Source: Octopus vulgaris
Taxonomy: Eukaryota
Length of the DNA stretch: 64,000 nt
NCBI GenBank assembly: GCA_951406725.2
Contig: OX597824.1
Coordinates: 15,190,001-15,254,000 of the forward strand
Reading direction: 5' to 3'
The position numbers and the translations under genes were made by a program. Under the pieces are notes generated by a model. That model worked only from the letters and a program-made list of their open reading frames with translations. It made no database searches and had not been told where the DNA came from. Below are positions 40,761-53,909 of the stretch, piece by piece (position 1 is the stretch's first letter; each line of letters opens with the position of its first letter).

Positions 40761-41007
40761 TATATACGTATATACCCCCACACACAAAAAAAAAAAAATA
40801 TATGTGTGTGTGTGTGTGTATGTGTGTACACATACATATATATTATGCATGGATATCAAAGTATGTATTCACGTAAGCACGTGTATATTTAAGTACAAAC
40901 ATGCATATAGCTTTTTAAATATTCATGAGACACTCTTCACGCTCGCGCTCATTTCTGCTCGTACTTTTAACTAGTTTGTACATGTATAATGTAGTGTTTG
41001 TATAAAT

Positions 41008-41043
<36 letters not shown>

Positions 41044-41094
41044 AAACACATATACATACATATATATATATATATATGTGTGTTTGTCTGGGCG

Positions 41095-41136
<42 letters not shown>

Positions 41137-41347
41137 CACATACACATGCATGTATACATATGTATAAACATACATATGTCGATGCATAAGAATTAATAGA
41201 GCAATCTAAGTATACAAATATAGCGTAAAGGTCTTATATATATGTATATAAATGTATATATGTATATAAATGTATATATATATATATATATATACACACA
41301 CATATATATATATATAGATATATGTATGTATATGTATATATATATAT

Positions 41348-41401
<54 letters not shown>

Positions 41402-41931
41402 GTTGGTGAAGGCGACATATATGAATAAACACATCATAACTAATATTTCCTAGTATTTTGCAACTTACTGTCACATACGTCACAACATGCTCTTGGAGAT
41501 ACTATATCTATGCATATACATGCATATACATGCATATACACATACACACCTAATATATATATATACCCACATATAATATATATATATACCCACATATCCA
41601 TGCATACAAACATATGTACAATATATATACGTAGATACATACATGCATATATACGTACATACATACATACAAACATGCATACGTATATACATACTTGCAG
41701 ATTGTCACTATGTATATGTGTATATATATGCTTATTTATGTATTTACATATATATAGAGTACCGTGTCAAAGTCCTCGGCTATCTTAAACTATTGTAAGT
41801 TTCTACTAATTGCCAACTTGTAAGTGGATGTTTCGCATTGCGGTTTTTTACAGATGAAACATTGGCCATGTTGGAGTCATTTCCATACCAAACCATGATA
41901 TTTTCAAGTAGGGGTTCTGAATGAGATTGGC

Positions 41932-42092
41932 TATATTGAAAGATTGGCCAGCTCAGAGTCCTGACTTAAATATCATTGAGCAAATATGGGTAGAACTAAA
42001 GAGATTTCGTCAGAAGAATCCATCCAACCTTGAAGAGTTGTGGGAACATTGAAGCAGTTATCCAAGCTAAGGGAAGCCACACGAAATATTAA
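41932..42092 (+). pseudogene. Tc1 transposase C-terminal remnant
   Basis: [47 protein letters not shown]. Confidence 0.8.
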
Positions 42093-42297
42093 CACAGGTA
42101 CAGCAGAAACAGGAAGTAAGAGTGAGTGAAAGTTGTGGTGGAACAGTACAGCAGGGTTCACCACCACTCCCTGCCGAAGACTCGAGGAGCTTTAGGTGTT
42201 TTCGCTCAATAAACACTTACAATGCCCGGTCTGGGAATCGAAACCGCGATCCTACGACCGCGAGTCTGCTGCCCTAACCACTGGGCCATTGCACATC

Positions 42298-42298
<1 letters not shown>
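42093..42298 (-). mobile_element. SINE family C, 5' half
   Basis: Head TGGCCCAGTGG...GGTTTCGATTCC homologous to 60060-60138. Confidence 0.85.
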
Positions 42299-42345
<47 letters not shown>

Positions 42346-42507
42346 GTGTGTGTGTATGAAATGAGGTATTTTGCTCAAGAACACAACGCACCGCTGGGTC
42401 CAAAAATCGAACCTATGATCGTGAATGCAACAGCGTAACCACTAGGCCACGCGCCTACACGCACATACACACACGCACGCATACGCACACACACGCACAC
42501 ACACACG

Positions 42508-42544
<37 letters not shown>

Positions 42545-42647
42545 GTATACTTACATACACATACACAAATATTCACATACCTATATATACATCTACGTAC
42601 ATACATATACAAAAAGGTAAATGCACACACAACGTATATGATACATA

Positions 42648-42681
<34 letters not shown>

Positions 42682-42682
42682 C

Positions 42683-42741
<59 letters not shown>

Positions 42742-43113
42742 ATACATACATCATACACCTACCTAACACATATATATATATACACTCTTTGCTTCTCGTC
42801 CCCTACAACCTCGATATCCAGGTGCCATACATTGCCCTCCTACATGTTACGACGCTTGAAAGCGATTCCGAAGTCAGATATTGACCGTTTCGACTTTGGC
42901 AGGTGCCAGGTCAAAGAACACTGGAGCAGGACGTGTACATGTGGAAGTACTTTAACGAAACCCGCCACCTAAACTAATTAAGGAAATCTACATAGAGCTT
43001 TGCCTCGCTAACTCATTTGATAAACTATCCCAGTTCAAATCAACTTGTCATCCTTTCACTGTCATTCATTTTCAGTTTTGCCACTCTTTCACTTTCGCTC
43101 TCTCTCCCTCCCT

Positions 43114-43150
<37 letters not shown>

Positions 43151-43260
43151 ATTCTATTTCTCTTACTTTTCGTCCCACGGACGCCCCTCTGTAACCTGTC
43201 AGTTATCGTCTATGTCCCTTTATTAGCACTTCTACTCGTTCTCTATTTTTCTCTCCCATC

Positions 43261-43295
<35 letters not shown>

Positions 43296-43316
43296 CTCTT
43301 TCTTTCTTTCTTTCTT

Positions 43317-43360
<44 letters not shown>

Positions 43361-43366
43361 TGTCTG

Positions 43367-43437
<71 letters not shown>

Positions 43438-43513
43438 CCCCTCCCTCTCTCTCTCTCTCTCTCTCTGTCTCCTTTTACCCCCCTTCCCCCCACAATGTGT
43501 GCACGTGTGTGTA

Positions 43514-43715
43514 AGACGAGCTGGCGGAATCGTTTCCGTATCGGACAAAATACATACTTAGCGACATTCCTTCCAATTCTTTTTCCTTCTGAGTTCAAAT
43601 TCCACCAAAGTCGACTTCGCTCTTTCATCCTTTTGGAATCAATAAAATGAGTCGATGTAATCGATTTCTTTCTCCCCTCAAAATGACTGACCTTATACCA
43701 AAACCAGAAAGAATA
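43514..43715 (+). mobile_element. Old SINE-B copy
   Basis: Diverged head, B box and Meta-like domain. Confidence 0.75.
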
Positions 43716-43764
43716 TACAGTGTGGAGATAACGGAGATTATTTTGCATTAGTTCTTTTTCATTA

Positions 43765-44366
43765 TACCCCTATATTAAACATGAAAATCGACATCTTTTA
43801 AATGGCGTCCATTTTCAGCTTCACAATTTATGGGGTGCATTTCTCTTTGGTGTAGTGCTCTCGGATTCTCAGAGTCCCAAAACCAGCAATTTTGTCTGTT
43901 GACGAATCCATTGAAATGAAAGTGAGCTTCACCAGACGTGATCAATGTTTTTGTAAAATCTAGATCATTTCGTACCAATTCCTGGATTCTGAAGCACATT
44001 GGAACCTGTGTTGAACCTACTGTACCTCGTATGGAAAAAGGTTAAGGCTGCTGTGAACTCTTTGCAGCGAAGTTTGTGGAATCCCATGCTGTCTAGATCG
44101 CCTTCGAGTCGATGTGCCCGGATTCTATTCAATACTTTCTCGTACTCGTTCCCTTGTCTCACTGGTGCTAACAGTGCGAGGTCTCCCAGATTGTGGGAGG
44201 TCATTTACTGCCCCTTGTTTTTTCAAAACGACGAACTAAGTTCCTAATTGCTTGGGGCATCTCTCACTTGAAAATGCCAATGACATGGTCTCCGAATAAT
44301 TAACACCTGATTTTGGTAGAACAATTTCACTACTTGGGTGAGTTGTGCGATGCTATATTTTTCCAT
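43765..44366 (-). pseudogene. Internally deleted Tc1/mariner transposase, rosa/DD41D-like
   Basis: MEKYSIAQLTQVVKLFYQNQ..LPQSGRPRTV..TSGEAHFHFNGFVNRQNCWFWDSENP joined to the C-terminus EAENGRHLKDV. The catalytic spacing is deleted, so the subfamily is tentative. Confidence 0.75.
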
Positions 44367-44608
44367 GACTAAATTCCAGGATTTAATCCATAAAATCCCT
44401 GAAAAGAAAAGAAAAATATGTCGAAAAATAAAAGAATTATCAAAAAATTATCCTTCAGAAAATGCATATACTTGTTTGTTGAAAAAAGAAAAAACAAAAA
44501 ACAACAACGCTATGAGATTATAGTTCTTAATTTATAATCTCACAGATTTACCATTACACCGTTAGTTAAAGAGAATATTATGATGTATGTTTTGTTTGTA
44601 AATCAGTG

Positions 44609-44719
44609 CCACTGCGTGGCACCTTGGGCAAGTGTCTTCTACTATAGTCTCGTACCGACCAAAGCTTTGTGAGTGGATTTGGTAAACAGAAACTGAAAGA
44701 AGCCCATCGTATATATATA

Positions 44720-44767
<48 letters not shown>

Positions 44768-44961
44768 TCTCCCGAACATCGCTTGACAACCGATACTGGT
44801 GTGTTTACGTCCCCGTAACTTAGCGGTTCGGCAAAAAGAACCCGATAGAATAAGTACTAGGCTTACAAAAAATAAGTCCTGGGGTCGATTTGCTCGACTA
44901 AAGGCGGTGCTCCAGCATGGCCACAGTGAAATGACTGAAGCAAGTAAAAGATAAAAGAAAA
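44609..44961 (+). mobile_element. SINE family A, 5'-truncated
   Basis: CORE-like segment through tail. Confidence 0.88.
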
Positions 44962-45284
44962 ATTAAAGGTGAAATGGAAAAATGGTTGGATCTCTCGCAT
45001 TTGTTGTGTGACACATATAAGACGTCAATACAGTGGATAAATGGTTGAGGCTGCTTTTTATTTGCTGTTCCAATGATTCGAAGCGAGTCGAATGATCACA
45101 CAACAGACTACTGTTTTTTTGCTGTGAGTATAAAATAAAAATAACTAGCAAAAACAAAAAAGTTTAACTTACACCACTTTTCTGTCGACTGAAGTGAGAC
45201 CAGCCCTTCACGGTACTTAATTTTTAGTACTAAATCGCCTCCTGAGTTTGGTACTTTAAATGATGAAGAATCAAAGGTAACTGG

Positions 45285-45681
45285 TACTCTTTTACTCTTT
45301 TACTTGTTTCAGTCATTTGACTGCGGCCATGCTGGAGCACCGCCCTCAGTCGAGCAATTCGACCCCGGGACTTATTCTTTGTAAGCCCAGTACTTATTCT
45401 ATCGGTCTCTTTTGCCGAACCGCTAAGTGACGGGGACGTAAACACACCAGCATCGGTTGTCAAGCAATGCTAGGGGGACAAACACAACCACACACACATA
45501 CACGCATATATATATATACGATAGGCTTCTTTCAGTTTCCGTCTACCAAATCCACTCACAAAGCATTGGTCGACCCGGGGCTATAGCAGAAGACACTTGC
45601 CCAAGATGCCACGCAGTGGGACTGAACCCGGAACCATGTGGTTGGTAAACAAGCTACTTACCACACAGCCACTCCTGCGCC
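45285..45681 (-). mobile_element. SINE family A, full length
   Basis: Tail TACTCTTT x2 through head ACTCCTGCGCC; CTGGTAC at both flanks. Confidence 0.9.
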
Positions 45682-45807
45682 ACTCCTGGTACATATATAA
45701 AAATAAAAGGTGACTTTTCTCATTTGATATTTCAGGATCTCTGTTCCTCCAATAAACCTACTTTATTGTTACAAGGATCGAGCACGTGATTTGAATTTGT
45801 TTAAGAT

Positions 45808-46163
45808 TATTGGTTTCAGATTTTGGCACAAGGCCTGCAGTTTCAGGAGAGGGAGTGAGTCGATTACATCGACCCAATGTTCGTATGGTACTTATCTCAT
45901 CGATCTCAGCGGAATTTGAACTCAGAACGTAAAGACAAACAAAATACATATTTCTTTACCGCCCATAAGGGGCAAAACACAGAGAGGACAAACAAGGACA
46001 GACAAACGGATTAAGTCGGATATATCGACTCCAGTGCGTAACTAGTACTTATTTAATCGACCCGAAAGGATGAAAGGCAAAGTCGACCTCGGCGGAATTT
46101 GAACTCAGAACGTAACGCTAAGCATTTTGTCCGACACACTAACGATCCTGCCAGCTCGCCGCC
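45808..46163 (-). mobile_element. Old SINE-B split at its head loop by a tail-1 unit (45949-46116)
   Basis: Old-type head ...GGACAAAATGCTTAGC, then tail-1 unit ending GAAATA, then TGTATTTTGTTTG old body with a different tail. Confidence 0.85.
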
Positions 46164-46185
46164 TTAATACTAGAATATAATGTTA

Positions 46186-46362
46186 CGGCGAACTTTTGTT
46201 GTCTTTACGTTCTGAGTTCAAGTTTCGCCAAAGCTTACTTTGCCTTTTATCCTTTCGGTGTCGATAAAATAAATACCAGTTAACCACTAGGGATCGATCT
46301 AATCGACTTACCTCCTCCTTCTCCCCAAATTGCTGGCCTTGTGCCAAAATTCGAAGGCAATA
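46186..46362 (+). mobile_element. Old SINE-B copy
   Basis: B box, Meta-like domain and GGCCTTGTGCCAAAA tail. Confidence 0.75.
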
Positions 46363-46599
46363 TTACTATGTTCACTGTGAGTAGACTCCGACACTGTTGA
46401 CGTCACTGGTTCCAGGCCCTTTAAAACTACTTTACATTAACTCCTTAAACACATTCTGAAGGCCATGAACATCACAGCATCTCAGCTGTCGGTTCGTAGC
46501 TAACTTCTGTCCCCGAAAGAAATATTTGCAGTCGCTTCGTCTTGTCGTCATCACCCGACCGTCTCTTCTTTCTCCCCCTTTCTTCACCCCCAGTTTCTT

Positions 46600-46707
46600 C
46601 TACCTCATTATTATCGTTGTCATCGTCGTTGTTACCACCGACAATAACAACAACAACGACAACAGCACAACCATCATCATCATCATCATCATCATAATCG
46701 TCATCAT

Positions 46708-46750
<43 letters not shown>

Positions 46751-46765
46751 GTCGTCATCATCATC

Positions 46766-46797
<32 letters not shown>

Positions 46798-46900
46798 CAT
46801 CGTCATCGTCATCATCGTCGTCGTCGTCATCATCATAATCATCATCATCATCAGCATCCTCATCATCATCCACTTCATCGTTATCATGGTCGTTGTCATC
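46600..46900. repeat. (ATC/GTC)n microsatellite
   Basis: Direct reading. Confidence 0.95.
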
Positions 46901-47079
46901 AACAGTACATATACACAGGCGCACGCGCGCGCACACACACACTCACACATATACGTACACATACCCAGAGACACACAGAAGAACAAACACACGCTCAGAA
47001 ACACACACACACACACACATACACACACACACTCACAAAGAGAGGAAATAACGACACAGAAACACAGTCACACGCTCAG

Positions 47080-47118
<39 letters not shown>

Positions 47119-47490
47119 CACAGGCAAACACTCACAAAAACACGCATCCGGACATACACAGAGTTGCGATGTTGGTACCTGGAACGGACAGCTGAAGTGT
47201 CACAATACAAGAACTCCTGGATGATGACAGCTGGTCCCTGGAGTGTCGCCTGAAATTTCACCTTGACACCGCTTCGTTGTAGACCGTCCTGGGACATTCC
47301 TCAATTCCAGTTAGAGACGACAAAACCGTTACATACTCATTCACATATAACCATGTCTATCTCTCTATCTGCTTCTCAGTCTCTCTCTTTCTCGTTTCTC
47401 TTTCTTTTCGCCTCTCTTCCTTCTCCATTTTTATATTTTACGAGTAATTATAGGAATATATGTACATATATATTTATATAAATATGTGTA

Positions 47491-47547
<57 letters not shown>

Positions 47548-47612
47548 TCATATTTATATATATGTGTATATACGGCGGTGCGTCAGCATGGCCGCAGCTA
47601 TGAGCTGAAACT

Positions 47613-47649
<37 letters not shown>

Positions 47650-47692
47650 ATACATAAATATATATAAATATATAAATATATAAATATATATA

Positions 47693-47780
<88 letters not shown>

Positions 47781-47997
47781 GGATACGGATATGGAAGCGC
47801 GTCTATATGCATTTTTTCCAAAGTAAAATTTAACAAGAAATGCAAAGCTCCTATTATTTTATGCGTTTCTACTTTATAACAACACACATGCACATATGCA
47901 TATATCTTGTATATGCGCATATACATTTGCATAAATTCACATACATACATACACATATACATACACTCATACGTGTACTCGCGCACGAACACAGATT

Positions 47998-48161
47998 TAT
48001 ATACGACAGGCTTCTTTCAATTTCCGTCTACCGAATCCACTCACAAGGCTTTGGTCGGCTCGAGGCTTTAGTAGAAGACACTTGTCCAAGGTGCCACGCA
48101 GTGGGACTGAACCCAGAACCGTATGGTTGGTGAGCAAGCTACGTACCACACAGCCACTCCT
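47998..48161 (-). mobile_element. SINE family A, 5' half
   Basis: Head and CORE-like segment up to the internal microsatellite. Confidence 0.85.
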
Positions 48162-48183
48162 ATATATATATATACATATGTAC

Positions 48184-48247
<64 letters not shown>

Positions 48248-48688
48248 CAATATTTTACACATACACGTGTTTTATTTTGTGTGTGCGTGCGTGTGTGCGT
48301 GCGTGTGTGCTTGTATGTGTGTCTGTGTGTCTCTGTGTGTGTGTTTGTTAGCGCGCGTATTTATGTTTATATTCCGGCACTTTCATCTCAGATTTCAAAC
48401 ATTTCCTGTTTTCATTCTCATCTGTTGCTCCTATAGTTTATACATATTTTGAAATTACAATTATTGAATACTAGCAGAGATACCCGGCGTTACTCGGTAT
48501 TAAAATAGGATAGCTTGCATTTAATACAATACAGATATATTGAAATAGGTGATCTAGGGAAGTGCAGCATTGACAACAAGACATTTGTGGAGTAAATGAT
48601 GAACTAATTCGACCAAGCAACATGCTATGCGTTCGTTTTGGAGTATATACAATTTTCCAAACAAAAGTCGCATAAGAGTGGCTGTGTA

Positions 48689-48849
48689 GGCGCAGGAGTA
48701 GCTGTGTGGTAAGCAGCTTGCTTAACAACCACATGGTTCCGGGTTCAGTCCCACTACATGGCACCTTGGGCAAGTGTCTTCTACTATAGCCTCGGGCCGA
48801 CCAAAGCCTTGTGAGTGGATTTGGTAGACAGAAACTGAAGAAGCCCGTC

Positions 48850-48887
<38 letters not shown>

Positions 48888-49114
48888 CTTTACTACCCAC
48901 AAGGGGCTAAACATATAGGGGACAAACAAGGACAGACAAAGGGATTAAATCGATCACATCGACCCCAGTGCGTAACTGGTACTTAATTTATCGACCCCGA
49001 AAGGATTAAAGGCAAAGTCGACCTCGGCGGAATTTGAACTCAGAACACTTAACGGCAGACGGAATACGGCTACGCATTTCGCCCGGCGTGCTAACGTTTC
49101 TGCCAGCTCGCCGC

Positions 49115-49156
<42 letters not shown>

Positions 49157-49345
49157 GTTTGTGTGTCTGTGTTTGTCCCCCCCAAACATCGCTTGACAAA
49201 CGATGCTGGTGTGTTTACGTCCTCGTCACTTCTTAGCGGTTCGACAAAAGAAAACGAGAGAATAAGTACTAGGCTTACAAAGAATAAATCCTGCGGTCGA
49301 TTTGCTCGACTAAAGGCGGTGCTCCAGCGTGGCCGCAGTGGAATG
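48689..49345 (+). mobile_element. SINE-A with a SINE-B (48883-49115, -) inserted in its internal (TA)n
   Basis: The A halves are collinear around a complete B monomer. Confidence 0.9.
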
Positions 49346-49678
49346 ACTGAAACAAATAAAAGAATAACCAATCAGAAGAAACGTGTATTTTCGGTGGAGA
49401 ATGAACAAAACCTAGCGGCAATTATCCGTGACTTTCAAAGAAGAGGGGAGATAATTTTAAGAAATTTGGACCAATTGATGATTAGCAGTTGGTGAAAGTA
49501 GATTACATCATGTAAATTGTCAATGTTTATTTTTAGTAATATGTAAAGCCTATTGGCGTTAGCAGGAGGAATCAATCTAAAGCATTCACTGTGTATATCC
49601 TTTTTACATTTGGTGACTTTTATGCTTTTTCATTTACCTACCCACACTCACACACACACACAGTTATATATATATATA

Positions 49679-50076
49679 CTAGCAGTATCGCCCGGCGTTG
49701 CTCGGGTTTGTAAGGGAAATAACTATATAAGCATTTTTAGAGAGTTATAGCCAAAAAATAGCAAAAAAATGCATTAAAGATGGAAAAGAAAACGATGGTA
49801 AATTTTTTTTAAATCGTTGACTCATCGTAGACATTTTTAGAGAGTTACTTCCCTTATATAATAGCGAAAAAATGCATTAAAATGGAAAAAATGATGGTAA
49901 ATTTTTTTTTTAAATCGTAGACTTATCGTAGACGCGCGCTAATACCCAGAAGGGCTCGATATGAATCACGACTATAAGATACCCGGTTTTGGTTAAACTG
50001 CACCTCAAAATGTGGGAGTAGTTAGGACTCTAAATCGTAGGAGACAGACACACAACTTCACTTTTATATATAAAGA
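49679..50076 (-). mobile_element. Non-autonomous Helitron (about 398 bp)
   Basis: Minus strand: A|TC start, subterminal hairpin CCCGAGCAACGCCGGG, CTAG|T end, internal ~100-bp tandem duplication. An older related 3' end lies at 48471-48500. Confidence 0.85.
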
Positions 50077-50149
50077 TATGTGTGTGTGGCTAACAAGCGA
50101 GCTTTTTAACCACACAGCTATGCTTAAATATTAATTGTATTATTTTATT

Positions 50150-50543
50150 ATTTTCTTTTATTTGTTTCAGTCATTTGACTGCGGCCATACTGGAGCATCG
50201 CCTTTAGTCGAACAAATCAACCCCACGACTTATTCTTTGTAAACCTAGTACTTATTCTATCGGTCTCTTTTGCCGAACCGCTAAGTTACGGGAACGTAAA
50301 CACACCAACATTGGTTGTCAAGCGATGGTAGTGGTGATGGGGACAAACACAAACACCCCCACACATCCACATATGTATACAACGGGCCTCTTTCGGTTTC
50401 CGTCTACCAAATCCACTCACAAGGCTTTGGTCGGCCCGAGGCTATAGTCGAAGATACTTGTCCAAAGTGCCACGCCGTGGGACTGAACCCGGAACCTTGT
50501 GGTTCGTAAGAAAACTTCTTACCACATAAACACTCCTGCGCCT
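50150..50543 (-). mobile_element. SINE family A
   Basis: Full body to ACTCCTGCGCC. Confidence 0.88.
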
Positions 50544-51014
50544 ATGATGTATAATGCATATAGCTCATACCTTTATTGTTGTTTAACCCTAAGCCAACAC
50601 TGGAAGAAAAGACGCACGATCGAAAGCATTCCATTTGTGACCATCTCTCCTTTATCTATATGCAGAAAACGTAAGACCACATTATCCAACGTGATCATTT
50701 GCTGAAGACGGCAGAGCGTGATTTGAGAGCTATTCAGCTGCTATTTCTAGCAAGCCGAATGCTGGCACCGTTGCAGTTCAGGGTGGAGGTAGGGGTGCAG
50801 TGGGTATTAGTAGTTGAAGGACTCGTGCTGTGATTGATGAGTGGCAGTGAGTGTTTCTCAATTAGGATCATTTTGCATCTCCAGTCTATTGTTAACAGAA
50901 CGGAATGGTTGTCAATGTTGCCACATCACACCGACGTGCGCGCACTCGCACGCACGCACGCACAGGCAGGCACATGCACACATACTACACACACAGAGTT
51001 ACACAAGCATACAT

Positions 51015-51052
<38 letters not shown>

Positions 51053-51411
51053 GCATATACGATCATATCCACGTGAACATGCGCGCACGGCATATACAAA
51101 CACACGACACAGACGTTACCACTTCACACCGTACATCCACTTCCATGATATGTTTCTTTATTTAGATAGATATACATATACGTACATATACATATATACA
51201 TACATGCATGCATAAATACATTTATATATACACATATACATACATACATGCATCATACATACATACATACATACATACATACATACATGCATGCATGCAT
51301 ACATACATACATACATACATACATGCATGCATGCATACATACATACACAAATACATACATACATACATACATGCATGCATGCATGCATGCATGCATGCAT
51401 ACATACATGCA

Positions 51412-51445
<34 letters not shown>

Positions 51446-51496
51446 CATACATGCATGCATACATACATACATACATACATACATACATAAATATAG

Positions 51497-51536
<40 letters not shown>

Positions 51537-52013
51537 ATATAATTAGGGCACTGGCAGTTTGGGGATGGTTTGTCTGAGGTGATTCATATCAGACGGGTAT
51601 GTTCAATTTTTTAGTGCTTTCAAATCCAAATTAAGAAATGTTGAGCTGACTAAAGAAATGTCGAGTTTTAATTCGACTAATCTAGAAAAGTTAACGTTCT
51701 CAAATGATCTTTGTACATGTGATATTTTGCTGTTTTTCCCTCCATATCTACGTGAATTATTTTTGAGTAAACACTATCTGGGAGACTTTTCTTATAGTAG
51801 TAGAAATGGCTAAAAAAACTTTTTGGCTGCTATTTCTATAAGTTTCAGTATGTGGTAAAGTAAATTATTATTTTACTGAGCCCTAATTATATAACGTAAT
51901 ATTTTGAATATACCTTGAATGGTCCTTTTACATACTGAACACTACTTGGTGAAATTAATTAATAATTAATTGATTTTACCCTTTTATTATTGATATATAT
52001 ATATATATATATA

Positions 52014-52267
52014 TATTAGAAGAAATGAGGGGCTCAGAAATTCGGATGGTTTTATATTTACAGATATTTATTTGTATATTACATGTTTTTATACATCATA
52101 TAACTTATAAGTTATATGATGTATAAAAACATGTAATATAACTTATAAGTTATATGATGTATACAAATATGTAATATACAAATAAATATCTGTAAATATA
52201 AAACCATCCGTATTTCTGAGTACCTCATTTCTTCTAATATAAAATACCTGTACATCATCTCCAAACC

Positions 52268-52273
<6 letters not shown>
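52014..52273 (+). mobile_element. Foldback (52014-52239) with nested palindromes plus short tail in (TA)n
   Basis: Arms TATTAGAAGAAATGAGG.../...CCTCATTTCTTCTAATA. ATATAACTTATAAGTTATAT occurs twice in the centre. Confidence 0.75.
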
Positions 52274-52304
<31 letters not shown>

Positions 52305-53274
52305 TCAGTGTAGAGATTTCATCTGTAAGATGATGGTGATGATGATGATGATTCATGACGACGTCGACAGCGACAACGACAACATGATATCAAATTGTCT
52401 TTCAGTTGTTCTTTTATATACCCCTCGCGCACAAACACATAGCGCTGTCAAAAGTTGAAGGAATGATATTGTTGGTGAATATAATTCTAGATGTAAAATT
52501 GTTGAAGGAACTTTTTACAACATGAACGGCTTACCTTTACTGTCTTTCTATTAAAATACTTATAATATTTCTTGATTTATCGGAAAATAAAATGATGTGG
52601 GCGCAGAGATTTAAACTATATGCCAGATGATACCATAGAACATATCTTTTTCATGCATGAAAGCATTGCTGTGCATTACATATCGTATTTTGTGTATGAA
52701 GCATCTTTGTTATAATTGCGAGGACATCTAAAAATCCGTTTGCAACTGTTTAGTAAACATACGTTTAACCTAGCAATGTAAACAGACTTTATAGTTAAAT
52801 CATAAGTCAGTTTCCCTGTCAGTCTGTCTCTTTGTTTCTGTCTGTCTGTCTCTCTCCTGAACGGATCTAAGAACAGCTTGACTAGTAACGATTGACTATT
52901 GCCGCCTTATCAGGAATGTCGACTCGTATTCGTCCTACATAGAGAGAAAGCAACAAGTTACTTGCAGTAATGCTCTGAGTAACAGGCGCTGATATTATTT
53001 ATTTTGCATAACATTAGATTCGATAGCAAATATATTACTGTGAAAACAAATAACACCAGAGCTTGTGACTTATAGAATTTTTATAGATAGCTCTCAGCTG
53101 CTTCCACGCATTGTAGAACAAACAGGAGCAAATGCACTTGATAAGATGATAATAACTATTTCAAACTACTCGAGCTGTTATCACGTTCGTCCTACAGAAA
53201 AGACTTATGTGAGAAAGCTGCAGGATTTATTTGCGGAGTTAGTCTAAAAACAAGTTTATCAAACGTGTGTATGT

Positions 53275-53311
<37 letters not shown>

Positions 53312-53319
53312 CATATCTA

Positions 53320-53705
53320 TATCTTTTATCTGTTACTTGTTTCAGTCACAAACTGGAGCCATGCTGGGGCACACCTCCTTGAGGGATTTCTGTGGAACAA
53401 ATTCTTATTCGCTTGAAATAAGAAATTTTCTTTGAAACCTGTTACCTATTCTGTCGGTCCCTTTTGTCGAACTACTATATTACGGGGACGTAAACAAACC
53501 AACTCTGGTTGTCAAACGGTGGTGGATGACACACACACACACACACACACACAGATAGATAGAAACAAATGTGCACATGCACATACTCGATGGGCTTCTA
53601 TAAGTTTCCGTCCACCATATCCCCTGACAAGCATTCGTCCTTCATAGTAGAAGACACTTGCCTACGGTGCCACGCACTGGCACTAAATCCAGACCCATGT
53701 GGAGT
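53320..53705 (-). mobile_element. Old SINE-A copy
   Basis: Diverged but collinear with family A. Confidence 0.7.
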
Positions 53706-53909
53706 TGGGGTAGATATTTGAAGAGGCATCTCGGTCTTCCGCATTTCAAAGTCCCAGATGAACCTACATCAGGGCAAGAAATTCAAAAGAAGGCTGCAGT
53801 ATCAAACTCCCCACTTCACAAAAGCCAAACACATGGAAAAGGCGATGATGCTGGCGGTGCTCCATTATGGCCACAGCCTTTGGGATGAATGCATAAAAGC
53901 GTAAATAAA

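Noticed and set aside
47180-47297. Coding exon on the minus strand (MSQDGLQRSGVKVKF...)
   Set aside because: A donor-like site exists, but there is no recognisable homology, acceptor or partner exon.
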